This document shows positions 44,646 through 58,946 of a stretch of DNA of 64,000 nt, one piece after another (position 1 is the first letter of the stretch; every line of letters begins with the position of its first letter). Location of the stretch: assembly GCF_009914755.1 (NCBI RefSeq), contig NC_060928.1; one strand, given 5' to 3'. Both the position numbers and the translations under genes were made by a program. The stretch is from the human T2T-CHM13v2.0 reference genome, Homo sapiens. The notes under the pieces are model-generated. The model searched no databases, had not been told where the DNA came from, and was given only the letters and a program-made list of their open reading frames with translations.

Positions 44646-45877
44646 TAGTATATATGTACACACACATACACACACATGATATATATATACACACACACAA
44701 GCTTATATATATGCTGCTTAAATTTAAATATAATCCATACATATACATGCACACTACATAAATATAAGTTTTATAGCAGATTCTTCTATTTATTGACCAC
44801 GTTGAGTAGGTCACAAGAAATTACTAGAAGCTCTACCAAAAAAAAGCTAAAGCTCTCTTGAAGGCAAATTTTATTTAAAAAAATTATTAAAGAATTTATC
44901 TCATTTGCCAGTATGTTTCTTTTGTATGTTTGTTTCCTTGTTTGTGTTTGAACACTTCTTTTTAACCCAAACTACCATTGAAAATTGTTACTTTAAACTG
45001 CAAATTATTTACTTTTAGAAAAATAAACTGAAAAATATTTGGTGGATGGTTCTCTCTCTTAATTTATGTCAAATGTAGCCATTGTCCTTGTCTTTATGTT
45101 GTCTAAAATATTTCTATGCTATTATTATATAAATTTATTTTTGTTAATTTGTAAATATGTATTATAGTTTTGATTCTATCACTTAAGTAGGCTATAATTG
45201 AATTTGACTGCAGTTGTGTTTTTATAATTAATTTTCATGTTTATTTGCAGAATGTATTATGTACACTTTTGAACAGTGTGCCACATGCAATTAATTGCAG
45301 AAGATTTGACTTGGTATGCTCTTTTTCATTTAATTAAAACTCCAACTCATTGCTATGATGAAGACTGGCACAATGGGAAAGGCAAATAATCTAGAAAAGA
45401 GTGAAAAGTAACAAGCTTCAATGAAACATATGCACAGTGTGGAAATAAGTGAGAAAATGTTAATATCTTTTATCTTGTGCTCTAGTTTATGAAAATTGCC
45501 ATGGCATATATTCATTCAAGTACCCATTCATTAATCACTTATTTAGTACCTACTATGCATGAGGTACCATGTTAGATGAATGCAAAACTAGAAAATTGTG
45601 GTGCCGGAAGAAATCCAGAGAAGCACAAAGTTATTAGAAGAGAACTCTTTCCAGACCATTTTCAAGTAGATATGTTTTGCTTAATCAAAGGAAAACTAAA
45701 AAGAGGCAAATTTTTAAATGTATGCTCAGTGACTGTTCTCCAATTGTTGATTCCTGCTACACAGTCTTTTTCTCATGTACAGGCTTGAATGCAGCTGATT
45801 GAGAGTTGCAGAGAGGTCACTGTTGTAAAACGGTATGTGTATAAACATCTAATGAACAAAAAGCATTTGTTATGTTG

Positions 45878-46244
45878 TGTATTCATTTTCTAGGGCTGCC
45901 ATAAAAAGTACTGCACCACTGAGGAGCTTTTATCTCACAGTTCTACAGGCTAGAAGTCCAAGATCCAGGGTCAGTAGGGTTAGTTTCTTCTGAAGACGTG
46001 TCTCCTTGTAAATAGTTATATTTGCCGGGTATCTTCACATGATCTTTCCTCTGTGTGTGTGTATCCTAATCTCTTCTTCTTATAAGGACACTAGTCCTAT
46101 TGGATTAGGGCTCACACCAGTGACCTAATTTAACCTTAATTACCTCTCTAAATACATTATCTTCAAATAAGAGTCACATTCTGAGGTATTGAATGTTAAG
46201 ATTTTAACACATACATTTCAGGGCACACAATTTAGCCCATAGCA
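45878..46244 (-). mobile_element. solo MLT1 (MLT1A-C-like) MaLR LTR
   Basis: tgtattcattttctagggctgccata...tcacagttctacaggctagaagtccaagatc...aaggacactagtcctattggattagggc...gcccatagca. Confidence 0.88.
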
Positions 46245-47020
46245 CACTGCCAGACAATATACATATATATTATCTTATTAGATTCTTCCTAGTCTTACCA
46301 CCAAGCCCCTGTTCCATGGTTACCTCAGTCCTGCATCCTTATTACCCTTACTTTGTGGGACTTTTACCTTCAGACTTTAACTTAAATCTGATTCTCCCTG
46401 GAACAGAGTGCTTTTCCTGTATCCCTCAAAGTGGAGGGTGTTTGGGCTATCTGACTAAAGCCTCTCTCTCACCTTAGGCAGTCTTCATTTCACTAGTGAA
46501 GTGGCATGTAACTGGCAATGTTCCCTTTCAATATAAGTCTCATCTCATTCTTGCTAACTGTGCTGCCCATGTGGGCAAGATATCTAATGATTTATTTCTT
46601 ATTCATTGAACTCTGCAACTCCAAAGACCTCATCTACTTCAGCTACAACCTCCCATGGACTTTCATCACCAAAATTACTCTGTCTTAAAGTTACAAATTA
46701 TGTTTGTATTCCCCCTATATCTTTCTCAGTAGGTATTCACTCAACAAATTAAGAGTGAAATATCAAGGTTAGGCTTTATTCCAGGGTCTTAAAAACATTA
46801 AAGGACATACTTATATCTTAAAAAAGTAAACTGCACTATAAAATACTAAACTACACTATGCTAAATGAAATGTAGTACTTTACAAACAAGAAATTTATGA
46901 AACATTGACTATTCACCTTTCTAGTGTTTCACATCAAGGGGAGATAAGCATATTAAGAATGAGCAAAACTAAAACTCCAGATATTATAAAATTTACATGA
47001 GGCTATTAATTTCTGAAACT

Positions 47021-47484
<464 letters not shown>

Positions 47485-47847
47485 TAAAATAGAATCTTGC
47501 AATAGTTGGTGAGCCTTGTTCTTCCAAGGCAGTGCGGAATTAGGTTACTTATTTACGTGCCAGTCCATTTGCAAAATTTACCCCTTTCTGCTGTGCATGT
47601 TTTTTGCTACCACCCTTGGCAGATGGACGACTGTGAGAGCCACAAATGCCTCCCTGCTCCCTATTTCGTACCCCAGCTGACTCCCATTCTTTCTCTACAT
47701 AGCAGGAGTTTGGTCTCGCTAAATCTCATATATTTGATTGTTTCCCCACACTACTTACAGAAGTTCAATAACTTTCAGTGGCCTTCGCTTATGAAAATGT
47801 ACTCTATAAAATGAAAGGGATGTGTTACACAACACCTAAATGTGTCT

Positions 47848-49884
47848 CTTTTTTAACTTTTATTTTAGGTTTGGGGCTACATGTGAAACTTTGTTATATA
47901 AGTAAACTCATGTCACACAGGTTTGGTGTACAGATTATTTTGTTAACCAGGTACCAAGCCTAATATGCAGTAGTTGTTTCTTCCTGCTCCTCTCCCTCCT
48001 CCCAATCTCCACCGTCCAAAAGGCCCCAGTGTCTGTTGTTCTGTTCTTTGTGTTCATGCGTTCTCATCATTTAGCTCCCACTTATAAGTGAAAACATGCA
48101 GTATTTGGGCTTTTGTTCTCTTGTTAGTTTGCTAAGGATAATGGCCTCTAGCTCCATCCATGCTCCTGCTAAAGACATGATCTTGTTCTTTTATATGGCT
48201 TGATAGTATTCCATGGTGTATATGTACCACATTTTCTTTATTGAATCTGTCATTGATGGAGATTTAGACGGGTTCCATGTCTGCTATTGTGAATAGTGCT
48301 GCAGTGAACTTTCGCTTGCATATGTCTTTATAATAGAAAAATTTATATTCCTCTGGGTATATACCTAGTAATGGGATTGCTGAGCTGAATGGTGGTTCTG
48401 TTTTTAGCTCTTCGAGGAATCACCATAGTGCTTTCCACAATGGTTGAACTAATTTACACTCCCACTGACAGTGTATAAGTGTTCCCTTTTCTCCACAACC
48501 TTGCCAGCATCTGTTATTTTTTTGCTTGTTAATAATAGCCATTCTGACTGGTGTGAGATGGTATCTCACTGTGGTTTTTGATTTGCATTTCCCTAATGTT
48601 GAGTGATATTGAGCTTTTTTCATATGCTTGTTAGCCACATGTATGTCTTTTTTAGAAAAGTCTCTGTTCATGTCTTTTGCCCACTTTTTAATAGGGTTGT
48701 TCATTTTTTTCTTGTACATTTGTTTAAGTTCCTTACAGATTCTAGATACTACACCTTTGACAGATGCATAGTTTGCAAAAAATTTGCTCCCATTCCGTAG
48801 GTCCATTTATTTTGTTAATAGTTTATTTTGCTATGCAGAAACTCCTAAGTTTAATTAGATCCCATTTGTCAATTTTTGTTTTTGTTATGATTGCTTTTGG
48901 CATCTTTGTCATGAAATATTTGCCTGTTCCTATGTCCAATATAGTATTTCCTAGGTTGTCTTTCAGAGTTTTTACCCTTTTGGGTTTTATATTTAAGTCT
49001 TTAATCCATCTTGAATTTATTTTTGTATATGGTATAAGGAAGGGGTTCAGCTTCAGTATTTTGCATATGGTTAGCCGGTTATCTCAGCACCATTTATTGA
49101 ATAGGGAATCATTCCCCTATTGTTTGTTTTGGTCAGCTTCGTTGAAGACCCGGAGGTTGTAGGTGTGAAGCTTTATTTATGGGCACTCTATTTTTACCAC
49201 TGCTATTCAACATAACTATGAAAGTTCTTGCCAGAACAGCCAGGCAAGAGAAAGAAATAAAGTGTATCCAAATAGGAAGAGAAGAAGTCAATCTATCCCT
49301 CTTTGTAGATAACAAGTTTCTATATCTGGGAAATCCCATAGTCTTGGCCCAACAGCTTCTTAAGCTGATAAACAACCCCAGCAAGTTTCAGGATACAAAA
49401 TCAATGTGCAAAAATCACTAGTATTCCTATACACCAACAATAGCCAAGAGACGAATCAGGAATGCACTGCCGTTCATAGTAGCCAAAAAAAGAATTAAAT
49501 ACCCAGAAATAATGCAAAAGATATCTACAATGTGAATTACAAAACACTGCTGAAAGAAAACAGAGATAACACAAATGGAAAAACATCCCGTGCTTATGGA
49601 TAAGTAAAATCAATATCATTAAAATGGCTATACTACCCAAAGCAATTTATACATTTAATGTTATTCCTATCAAACTATCAATTACATTCTTCACAGAACT
49701 AGGAAAAAAAAACTATTTTACAATGCATATGGAACCATAAAAGAGGCCAAATATCTAAGGCTATTCTATGCAAAAAGTACAAAGTTGGAGGCATCACATT
49801 ACCCAACTTCAAACTATACTACAGGGCTACAGTAACAAAAACAGCATGGTACTGGTACAGAAACAGACACATAGACCAAAGGAA
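47848..49884 (-). mobile_element. L1PA (about L1PA15/16) with 5' inversion: minus-strand 47848 to ~49192, plus-strand ~49193-49884
   Basis: The strand switches near 49192. The two pieces are adjacent in ORF2 (...gaccaaaggaa and aatagag...). Confidence 0.93.
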
Positions 49885-50074
49885 AAGGTGTTTTAAATTA
49901 CTATATTTGTTGATCTGTATATATGAATTTTCGTTATGTACTATGATTTTCAATTTTGATTTGTAAATACCAGATATTTATTACTTGAATAAAGTACTCG
50001 ATTTCAATTAACTTGGTTAGTTGTTGCTTTGTAATTTGTAGAAAACCAGTTTATATAGAACATGGAAATATACA

Positions 50075-50240
50075 TACTTTCACTTATGTCATTCTCACAA
50101 CAATTCCATGAACTAGGTATTATTATACCATTTACAAATGGAGGCACAGAAAGTCTCAGCAACTTATTCAAAACCATACTGCTTAGGATGGAGTATTATC
50201 CAAATGAGGCTAGCCCACTTTTGGGGCCCATAACTTAACC
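50075..50240 (-). mobile_element. MIR SINE
   Basis: attctcacaacaattccatgaactaggtattattataccatttacaaatggaggcacaga. Confidence 0.65.
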
Positions 50241-51879
50241 TTCATCCAAAGACCATGGAAGAAGGTATAAGAGCAGTTTGTTTCCTCTCCTCAGTTTTTC
50301 TCTTTTCCCAAAAGAAAACTTTAGTATTCTTAAGGAAAGTATTGACTTCCAAAATTACTACAAGAACATTACTGTAAGAACAAAATAGAAAGAATAACAT
50401 AAAATATTGTCTACTTTATATAATTAAATTGAAATAACTATGCTTCTTTAAGGCCACATACATCTTAACCCACTCAAACTCATGTTTTCAAAGGTGCATT
50501 TATCCCGTATTACTATTTATGTTCAAGTTTATACATTTCTTAATTATGTGGACTCCCTAAACATAGTGCATTTAGTTTATTAATATAAAATGAGAGCTGT
50601 TACAATTTACTGCTTACTTGTCTTCTCATATAGCAACCTATCATTCAGGCAAAGAAAACATGTCTAAGATTAATGAAGGTCACCCTAACCCAAGTATTTT
50701 GATATTTTTGGAGCAAACAGAACCAAAAAGTAAACAGGCAAAAAGTCAATCTTTAAGCCAACAATGATAACAGGATATGTGTAAATAAATGGTTATTATA
50801 ACTTTTTTTTTAATACCAAAACAGGCAAAATAAAAATTTCAAAACCTTTCATAAGGCCATGGGGCAGATAAAGACAGGAGAAGTCTAATTGCAATATATC
50901 CTGTAATGGAATCACCGTCTGTGTAGAAGCTGATTAAGGTTAATTTGAATCACATCAATTTGAATTAATGTGGCCTTTGCAGAATGAACAACACCTTAGT
51001 GCCAACATGATCAATTAGTACTTTTAACTCCATACATCCGCCTAGAAAGGTTAGATTTATTAGTTTTCAAGATAACATATTAGAATGCAAATCCATGTTA
51101 CTTCATTTTTCTCCAGCCCACCTTATCTGAACACCTGGAATTTCTCAGGACAGATGTGTCTTAGAGTGAATTCATTTATAATGTAAAGCAAAAAAGGATG
51201 TACGGAGAAAAACAGCCAGATAGTTTTGCCTGTCTTCCAATGCTGGACAAACAAGTTCAAGTTACTCAATTAAGTCAGAGATCATAGTTTAGAAAAAAAA
51301 TAACTGGTTATATTAGGTATAGAGTCATGTGTTACCCATATGGATTTCAAATCTTAGAGCTCAAAGATCCTTTAAGGTTTTATGGACAATTTATTTTAGT
51401 TCCCTTATTTTATGGATTAAAACATACTGCAGACCAGCAAATTTAAGTAACTTGCTTATAGTCACACAACAAACTGGACCAGAAGTTTAGTCTTTAGGCC
51501 ACACTTTACACTTTATAATACCTGCTGAATTGGATATTTTACATTATTTGCACACACATGCAAAAACGTGTCACTGGCAAGATACAGTATTTCTATCAAT
51601 TGTTGTGGTATCAGCAACAATCTTAGCAATTAAATTTTCAGAGATGAGATGTCATCTCTTTACTCCTAGAAAATTTACTTTAAAAAAAAAAAAAACCTTT
51701 TCAAGTTAATCATCTTATCACTAGCCACTTTGACTAACAGGCTACTGGAATGTATTCAGGCATACACAGTAGTTTCATGCTTCTATGCCTTTATTTCCAC
51801 TCTTCCCTCTGGAATGAATGCCCTTTATCATTGTATCTTAACTGTCTACTCCCTCTATTCCTACATGGAATACTCACAT

Positions 51880-52425
51880 TTTCACTGGTTTATTGTTACA
51901 TAACAAATCATCACAATCAATTCCTTCAGATGGCAAAAATATATTTGCTCATGATTTTGCAGCTTAGGCAGATAAGCATAGTTCATGCATGTCTGCTTCA
52001 CATGGTGAAATCTGAGACAACTCACCTAAAGCTAAAGGATCCAAGATGCTTCACTGGCAGGTCTGTTGCTTTACCTGGTATTAATGAAATAGTTGTGGGA
52101 CTGGCTGGGCTTGTCTTCCTTACTTCTTAGTCTGTTATTATACAGGGTCTCTCTGTTTCCAAAGTCTAGCTCTCAACCAAGATATTCAGACTTCTTTATG
52201 ATGACTGCCTTCCAAGAGAAAAGAATAGCTGTTAGGCCTCTTAACTTCTAAGCCTAAAGGTCATACAGTATGACCTCTGCCACTTTCTATTGGTCAAAGC
52301 AAGACTCAGAACTATACTGGATCCAAGGGATGGGAAATCAACTCCCTCTCTGGCTGGAATGAGTGGCATATACTTATTGGAATGGGAGCATTTGATGATG
52401 GCCTCCTTCTGATCAGTTGACATCA
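51880..52425 (-). mobile_element. old MLT1 (MLT1H/J-like) solo LTR within an L2 remnant
   Basis: tattgttacataacaaatca...ctctgccactttctattggtcaaagcaag...ccaagggatgggaaatcaactcc. Confidence 0.7.
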
Positions 52426-52985
52426 GCTAGACTAAGCCAAGTCCTTTTCCAGAAGCACCCCTAGCATACCCATAGTCAACTGAAGCTAAGCGAAGAGCTC
52501 CCATTTTGTACCTTTTAATCCCTTATCATTTTACTTATCACATTCTTATATGATTTAAATAATATAATTTATATAATATAATGATATATTTATATAATGA
52601 TTTGAGACCGCTTCCTTGCAAAATAATAAGAAACCAGAACATGATCAGTTATTAATCATCCTTAAGTCATTCGTATTTAGAGTATGTCTGGCAAAGAAAG
52701 AGCTCAATAAAAGATTGCCAAACATAACTCAAAGTTTTAAAAGTACCGAAAGGGGAAGAAGCATGTTTTTCCAATACATTCACATGGCTGAGGAAAGTTG
52801 AATTTGAGAATAGGGACACTTAAAAAGATGTAACAATGTAGCTAGAATATTTTATGGAAAAAAATTCATAATAAAATGAAACAATGAGATAAAAGGTGCC
52901 CAGAAGTTTGTTTCATAATAGTTTATTGCCCTATGTGGTGATAAACAAGACATTTGATTCTATTTATTTTATTTGTATCTTCTTT

Positions 52986-53305
52986 TTTTATCTTTTTGTT
53001 GTTGTTGTTGAGACGGAGTCTTGCTCCATCACCCAGGCTGGAGTGCAGTGGTGAGATGTGATCTTGGCTCACTGCAACCTCCGCCTGCCGAGTTCAAGTG
53101 ACTCTCCTGCCTCAGCCTCCTGAGTAGCTGGAATTACAGCTACTCAGTGGCGTGGCACCACCACGCCCAGCTAATTTTTGTATTTTTAGTAAAGATGGGG
53201 TTTCACCATGTTGGTCAGGCTGGTATGCAACTCCTGACCTCCTGATCTGCCTGCCTAGGCCTGCCAAAGTGCTGGGATTACAGGCATAAGCCACCTTGTG
53301 CGGCC
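52986..53305 (-). mobile_element. AluS with internal fold-back insertion
   Basis: Perfect 16-bp TSD tatttgtatcttcttt at 52970-52985 and 53306-53321. Confidence 0.95.
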
Positions 53306-55211
53306 TATTTGTATCTTCTTTAAATGAAATAATTCATATTGGTTCATTAAATATGTCTGTCTGCATGTGGCATTTGTTTGTAAGTATTTATTCTTATACT
53401 GGTAAATTTTCACAAATCTAAAAATTTTGGGAAATCCAAGAAAGGCAAATATTGCATAGAGTGAAATTTTCCTGAGGGCAAAATTCTAGCATGAAATCTT
53501 TAAGGGAAAATTATTTATCAAAATCCACAGTCTGAATTAGTGTATTTGAAAGATGTGGAGGCTTCCTCTCCCTCTAACATTTCCATCTGTTTCTTATTTC
53601 CTATCCCCACTTTGATAATAGCTGTGAACTTGTTGAAACAATCCAAATGGACTATTTCAAAGCAGTAAGCTGACTCTGCATAAAGCCATTTCTTGAAAAT
53701 GCTCAATAAACACCAATGCTTTTATTTCCCTTTTTAAAAAGGCAGTAGAGGACTTGCTAGAACCTAGGGATGGCTTTCTTATTCCTTGTCAAACCACACG
53801 AGAAAGAGAAATAGAGATCTGGACATGACACCATCTCTAGCCCTGAATAAAACTTTTGTCAATGAATGCACTACCTGTAAGCTCATACAATGTTTTTACT
53901 CTGGAAAACCATGATAATAACGGATATTATATGAGCATATTTAAAGAATCTTTTATGTGTCAAAATTGCTTAGATAAAATAGAAATTTTGTTTTCAACTA
54001 GGAATCACAATGAAAAATAGATAAGTCATTACTCTCCTTCAATGGTAGCTTTATTTATACTCACAAGGATTTAAGTTGTTAGTTTGTCAATTAATTTCAT
54101 TAGCTTTGTATTTCTGTTCATTATGTTGAAGGCTTTGAGAAAGGTCTATTTGAAATGTGTCTCCAGAGATATCTTTTTTTACTAGAAAATTAATGTGACA
54201 TTTATCTGCTAGACAAAGAACCATGAACACAGTAAATAAACTTAAAATTTTCTTTCAAATATTCCTATGTCTAAATCACATGGTTAGAAACTATAGTAGA
54301 CGTAGGACAAAAATGGAAAGCAGGAAAATGTGTGTCCACAGATTTTATTAGTAAGGCAGGAATTGTTAAGCAGGCTAAAAGCGAACAGGAGGGAAGCTGG
54401 GTAGGCCCTTCCCACACAGTTGGTACAAAGGTTGAGATAAATGAAGCAGCTAAAAGCACAGGCTTCTTTTTCAAAACTACTCACTAAAAGCAAAGTGGGA
54501 AATGAGAGAGACTTGCCTATAAGGAGGCTATTTTCTGAGACTCACTCCTGTGGTTGATACAGGAGAAAAATACAGGGCTACACAATAATATGGGTAATAC
54601 TACTCCCTCTCAAACACAGCTTTTCTAGTGTTGGTCATTACAATCAGTCTCAGTGGACAAATGCCCATCTTTGGAAGCATCTAAGCATATAATTACTTAA
54701 TAAAAAATAAAACAAGTTACATGATTATAACTGTCTTTTACTAACATTACATGTTTTATTACATTGTCTAGCAGTGAATGTGAGTGCTATAAAAATATCA
54801 TGAAAATATCTTTTAGCAAACATTGGTCTGTGAATTTAAAATATTGACATCTAGTGTTAAAATATGTTGACATAAACTTACTAAAATTAAAAATGTAACA
54901 GATATTCATCTGCATTTTGTTTAGCTGAATATGTCTGTTTTCTTTTTAACTTGTGTCCAGATAAATTCTGGAGGGTTTTAAAAAATCGATTTCCTGTCAT
55001 TTCCATTTAATAATTATGTTTTGTGTTTGTTCCTCTTAGCACATTTCATATTCATCAATTTAAATAGCCTGTTTTTATTTATGGAATTCTAAACAATGTT
55101 AGAGTAAACTACTGGGTGCTCCATTCCATTTAATAAAAGATTGCTGTGCATATGTCTGCAGTTGATATCCTATTTGAACATGTACAATTTATATGTGTGT
55201 ATATGCATATT

Positions 55212-55538
55212 AAGTCATGTGTCATTTCACAACAGATATGTTCCAAGAAATACATCGTTAGGTGATGTTTTTGTGTGAACATGATAAGGTGTGTTTATAC
55301 AAACCCCAAAATTATATTACTACACACCTAGGCTACATGGTATAGCCTATTGCTCCTAGGCTACAAACCTGTACAGCATGTTACTGTACTGAATACTGTA
55401 GACAATTGCAACACAGTATTAAGTATTTGTGTATCTAAACATAAAAAAAGAGTAAGAATGCAGTATTATAATGCTATGGGACCACGAGGACATATGTGTT
55501 CCACTGTTACTGAAAAGTTATTATGCAGCACATGACTG
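55212..55538 (-). mobile_element. Tigger3a (MER7A) MITE
   Basis: agtcatg...cctaggctacaaacctgtacagcatgttactgtactgaatactgtag...gcagcacatgactg|TA. Confidence 0.88.
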
Positions 55539-56123
55539 TATATACATATATATTTGTGCGTATATATATATATATAAAAACACACATATATACATTTTAA
55601 GGTATTTGTGTTATGTTTTCACAATTTGCATTTAATATATACTATTTGGTATAATATGATTTGATATAGCAATACTATAATAGTAATGTGAAATATTTGG
55701 AAGATTTAGGATGAAATGAGAAAAGATTTGACCTTATACAAAAATTTTAAAATTAGCCTGGAAAAAATAATAAAATTGAGAAAGACAACAAACTGTGGTG
55801 TTCAAGGCAGTTGTTAAATTTGTCAATTGTGTTAGCTTAAAAAGTGATTTAAACTCTTGAGTCTAAATAATCTTTAGATTCGAGAATATAAAATTGTCTC
55901 ACATGCTTCTGTGATTAAATTCATAAGAAAGTTCTGGCAGATAGGAGATGCTCAATAAGTAGTGGCTTCTTTCCTCAGCAATTTTTCAAAATTGATGCAA
56001 GGCTTTGCTCATTCTTTTTAATCTAGGAAGAGAATAAAATCCAGAGGAAAGGAACAAGAGTTTCTATGTTTGGGAAATATAAATCGAAATCTCAGTCTGT
56101 GCTTAGGATTTAACGTGAATGAT

Positions 56124-56627
56124 TTAGATGGTTAAAACTGAGTGTCAACTTGATTGGATTGAAGGATACACAGTATTGATCCTGGGTGTGTCTGTGAGGT
56201 TGTTGCCAAGGGAGATTAACATTTGAGTGAGTGGGCTGGGAAAGGCAGATCCACCCTTTATCTGGGTTAATCTGGGTGGGCACAATCCAATCAACTGCCA
56301 GCTAAGCTAGAATATAAACAGGCAGAAAAATGTGAAAGGGAGACTGGCATAGTCTCCCAGCCTACATCTTTCTATCGTGCTCCCAGCCCTTGAATATCAG
56401 ACTCCATGTTCTTCAGTTTTGGAACTCAGACTGACTCTCCTTGCTCCTCAGCATCCAGATGGCCTATTGTGGGACTTCGTGATTATTTGAGTTAATACTT
56501 AATAAACTCTCATATGTATATGTGTATATATATATGTGGATGTGTATATATATACACACACACACGTATATGTATACATATATATATTCCATTAGTTCTG
56601 TCCCTCTAGAGAACGTTGACTAATACA
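56124..56627 (+). mobile_element. solo MLT2A (HERV-L) LTR with internal (TA/CA)n tract
   Basis: gatggttaaaactgagtgtcaacttgattggattgaagg...ccctctagagaacgttgactaataca. 5-bp TSD atgat at 56119-56123 and 56628-56632. Confidence 0.93.
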
Positions 56628-56919
56628 ATGATCTTTTCATGTCTAATTTCTATTCTGCAAAATGCATTTCAAGTTTTCTGTTATATAAAAATGCAATGAT
56701 GGTCGATGGGGAAATATATATCACTCATCCAAAATATTATTTGACATATAATTGGCAATAACCATATATATTATATATACATATATATACACACATATAC
56801 AGCTTTTGCTTTCTAATGAACACTACACTAAGTACTTTAAATGCATCATCTAGTTTACTACTCAATAATTTAATCATTATTACCTTTATCAGTTTCTCAA
56901 ATTTTAAAAAAATATTCAA

Positions 56920-57115
56920 GCAAGTTCAATAGAACTTTCTTCAGTAATAGAAGTTTGGTGGTTTTTTTTTTAATCTTCTGATACGGTAGCTACTAGTTAT
57001 ATGTGGAATATAAAATATGACTAGTACAACCAAAAATTTGTTTTTAAATCTAATTTTATTTAATTTGAAACTAACTTTAAATAGCTTCCTGTGGCTGATA
57101 CATATTGGACAACAT
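56920..57115 (+). mobile_element. MER3 (hAT-Charlie) remnant
   Basis: caatagaactttct...atacggtagctactag...aaatagcttcctgtggctg...atattggaca. Confidence 0.75.
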
Positions 57116-57178
57116 GAACATAATCTATATAGATATAACACTAAGTTTATAAATAAAAATTAAATTTAACTTGGAGCT

Positions 57179-57466
57179 GACAGGATCTCACTCTGTTACC
57201 CAGGCTGGAGTGCAGTGGCATGATCACAGCTCACTGCAGTATTGATCTCCCAGGCTGAAGTGATCCTCCTTCCTCAGCCTCCCAAGTAGCTGGGATGACA
57301 GGTGCACATTACAGGACCTGGCTTTTTTAATTATTATTACTTATTTTGTAGAATTGGGCTCTCACTATGTTGCCTAGGCTGATCTTGAACTCCTGGGCTC
57401 AAGCAATCCTCCTGCTTCAGCCTCCCAAAGTGCTAGGACTACAGGCATAAGTCACCATGCCTGGCC
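57179..57466 (-). mobile_element. AluJ lacking a poly(A) tail
   Basis: AluJ diagnostics (cacagctcactgcag, ctcctgggctcaagcaatcctcc). Flanked by ttggagct and ttggagtt. Confidence 0.92.
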
Positions 57467-58611
57467 TTGGAGTTATTTTCTAAGATGAGAAATACTTAAA
57501 GTTTGTACCGTACAATTCACCACCTCATCTTACATTATTCTGTTCAATATTTTTTAGTGTATGTTAGAGTTATCTCCCCAGATTGTGTGGTGAATTCCTT
57601 GAGAGTAATAGCTATGCTTTTTATTTTTTCTTTTTTTCCTGCTACATGCCTATGCCAGAAAGCCTTTGCACAATCCTGCCCAGTTAGGCTGAAGGCGCTT
57701 CCTTGTCCATTTGCCATATGACAATGTTTCCCTCATCCGTGAACATCTGGATTGGTAAAACTACCATGGCTTAGGCTATTGATTCGCAAGAGGTAATTTA
57801 TAACAAAGGAGATCAATTGTGTGATTTTTTTTTATATAATGACATAAAAATATTAACAGAATTTTTACCTTTTTTGTTTACTTTGTAACACTTTTTTCAA
57901 GAAATATATATATATATATATATAAACAAAAACCCTGACGCTCAGTGGCCCAAATAAGAAAAACAATTAAAAAGTTAAAACTGGGTGGCATCACTGTTCA
58001 GCGTCTCATGTTTGAAGGAGCATGATATCCTAGGAAAGAGAAAATTGAGGAAAAAAATATTGGTCCAGAGAGCTTGTCTGGGATCAGGTCCCTTTTTTGT
58101 TTATCGAAGTTGGGAAAGGTATCAAATATCTTTGATTCCATTAAAGAAGAGTGAATTTATGAACAGAGCAAATAAAATACAATAGGAACTATATCTTGTA
58201 TAGCAGGTCACGATTATAATGGTGTTTTGCTACAGAGCCATTCTAATTGATGCCTTCCTCTTAAGACATTACTCACTGTCCACTCATAGTTTTAAAATAA
58301 CCCACTAGCTTAGGGGAGAGAAATGTCTAGCCAAGAAAAGTACTTATCCCTTCATCTTAGACCAAAATTTACCTAAGATATTTTAACTTTTACTTAATGT
58401 TTAGAAAAGCTTACAGAAAAATAAATTTTTAGAATGGGAAGATGGTAGGAATTATTCAGTCCAAACTCTCTTCTATTATACAGAATAAACTATGATCCAG
58501 AAAATACAGACTTGTTTAATGTAAACAAAATGCTTAGCATCAGAGTCAGAATAATACTTTTTTTCTTTGTCTGATGTTCTAAGTAATAGTGAATATTAAG
58601 ATTACACTTGA

Positions 58612-58946
<335 letters not shown>

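Noticed and set aside
53518-53706. 62-aa minus-strand ORF in unique DNA
   Set aside because: Its length is expected by chance, with no homology I recognise and no supporting gene structure.
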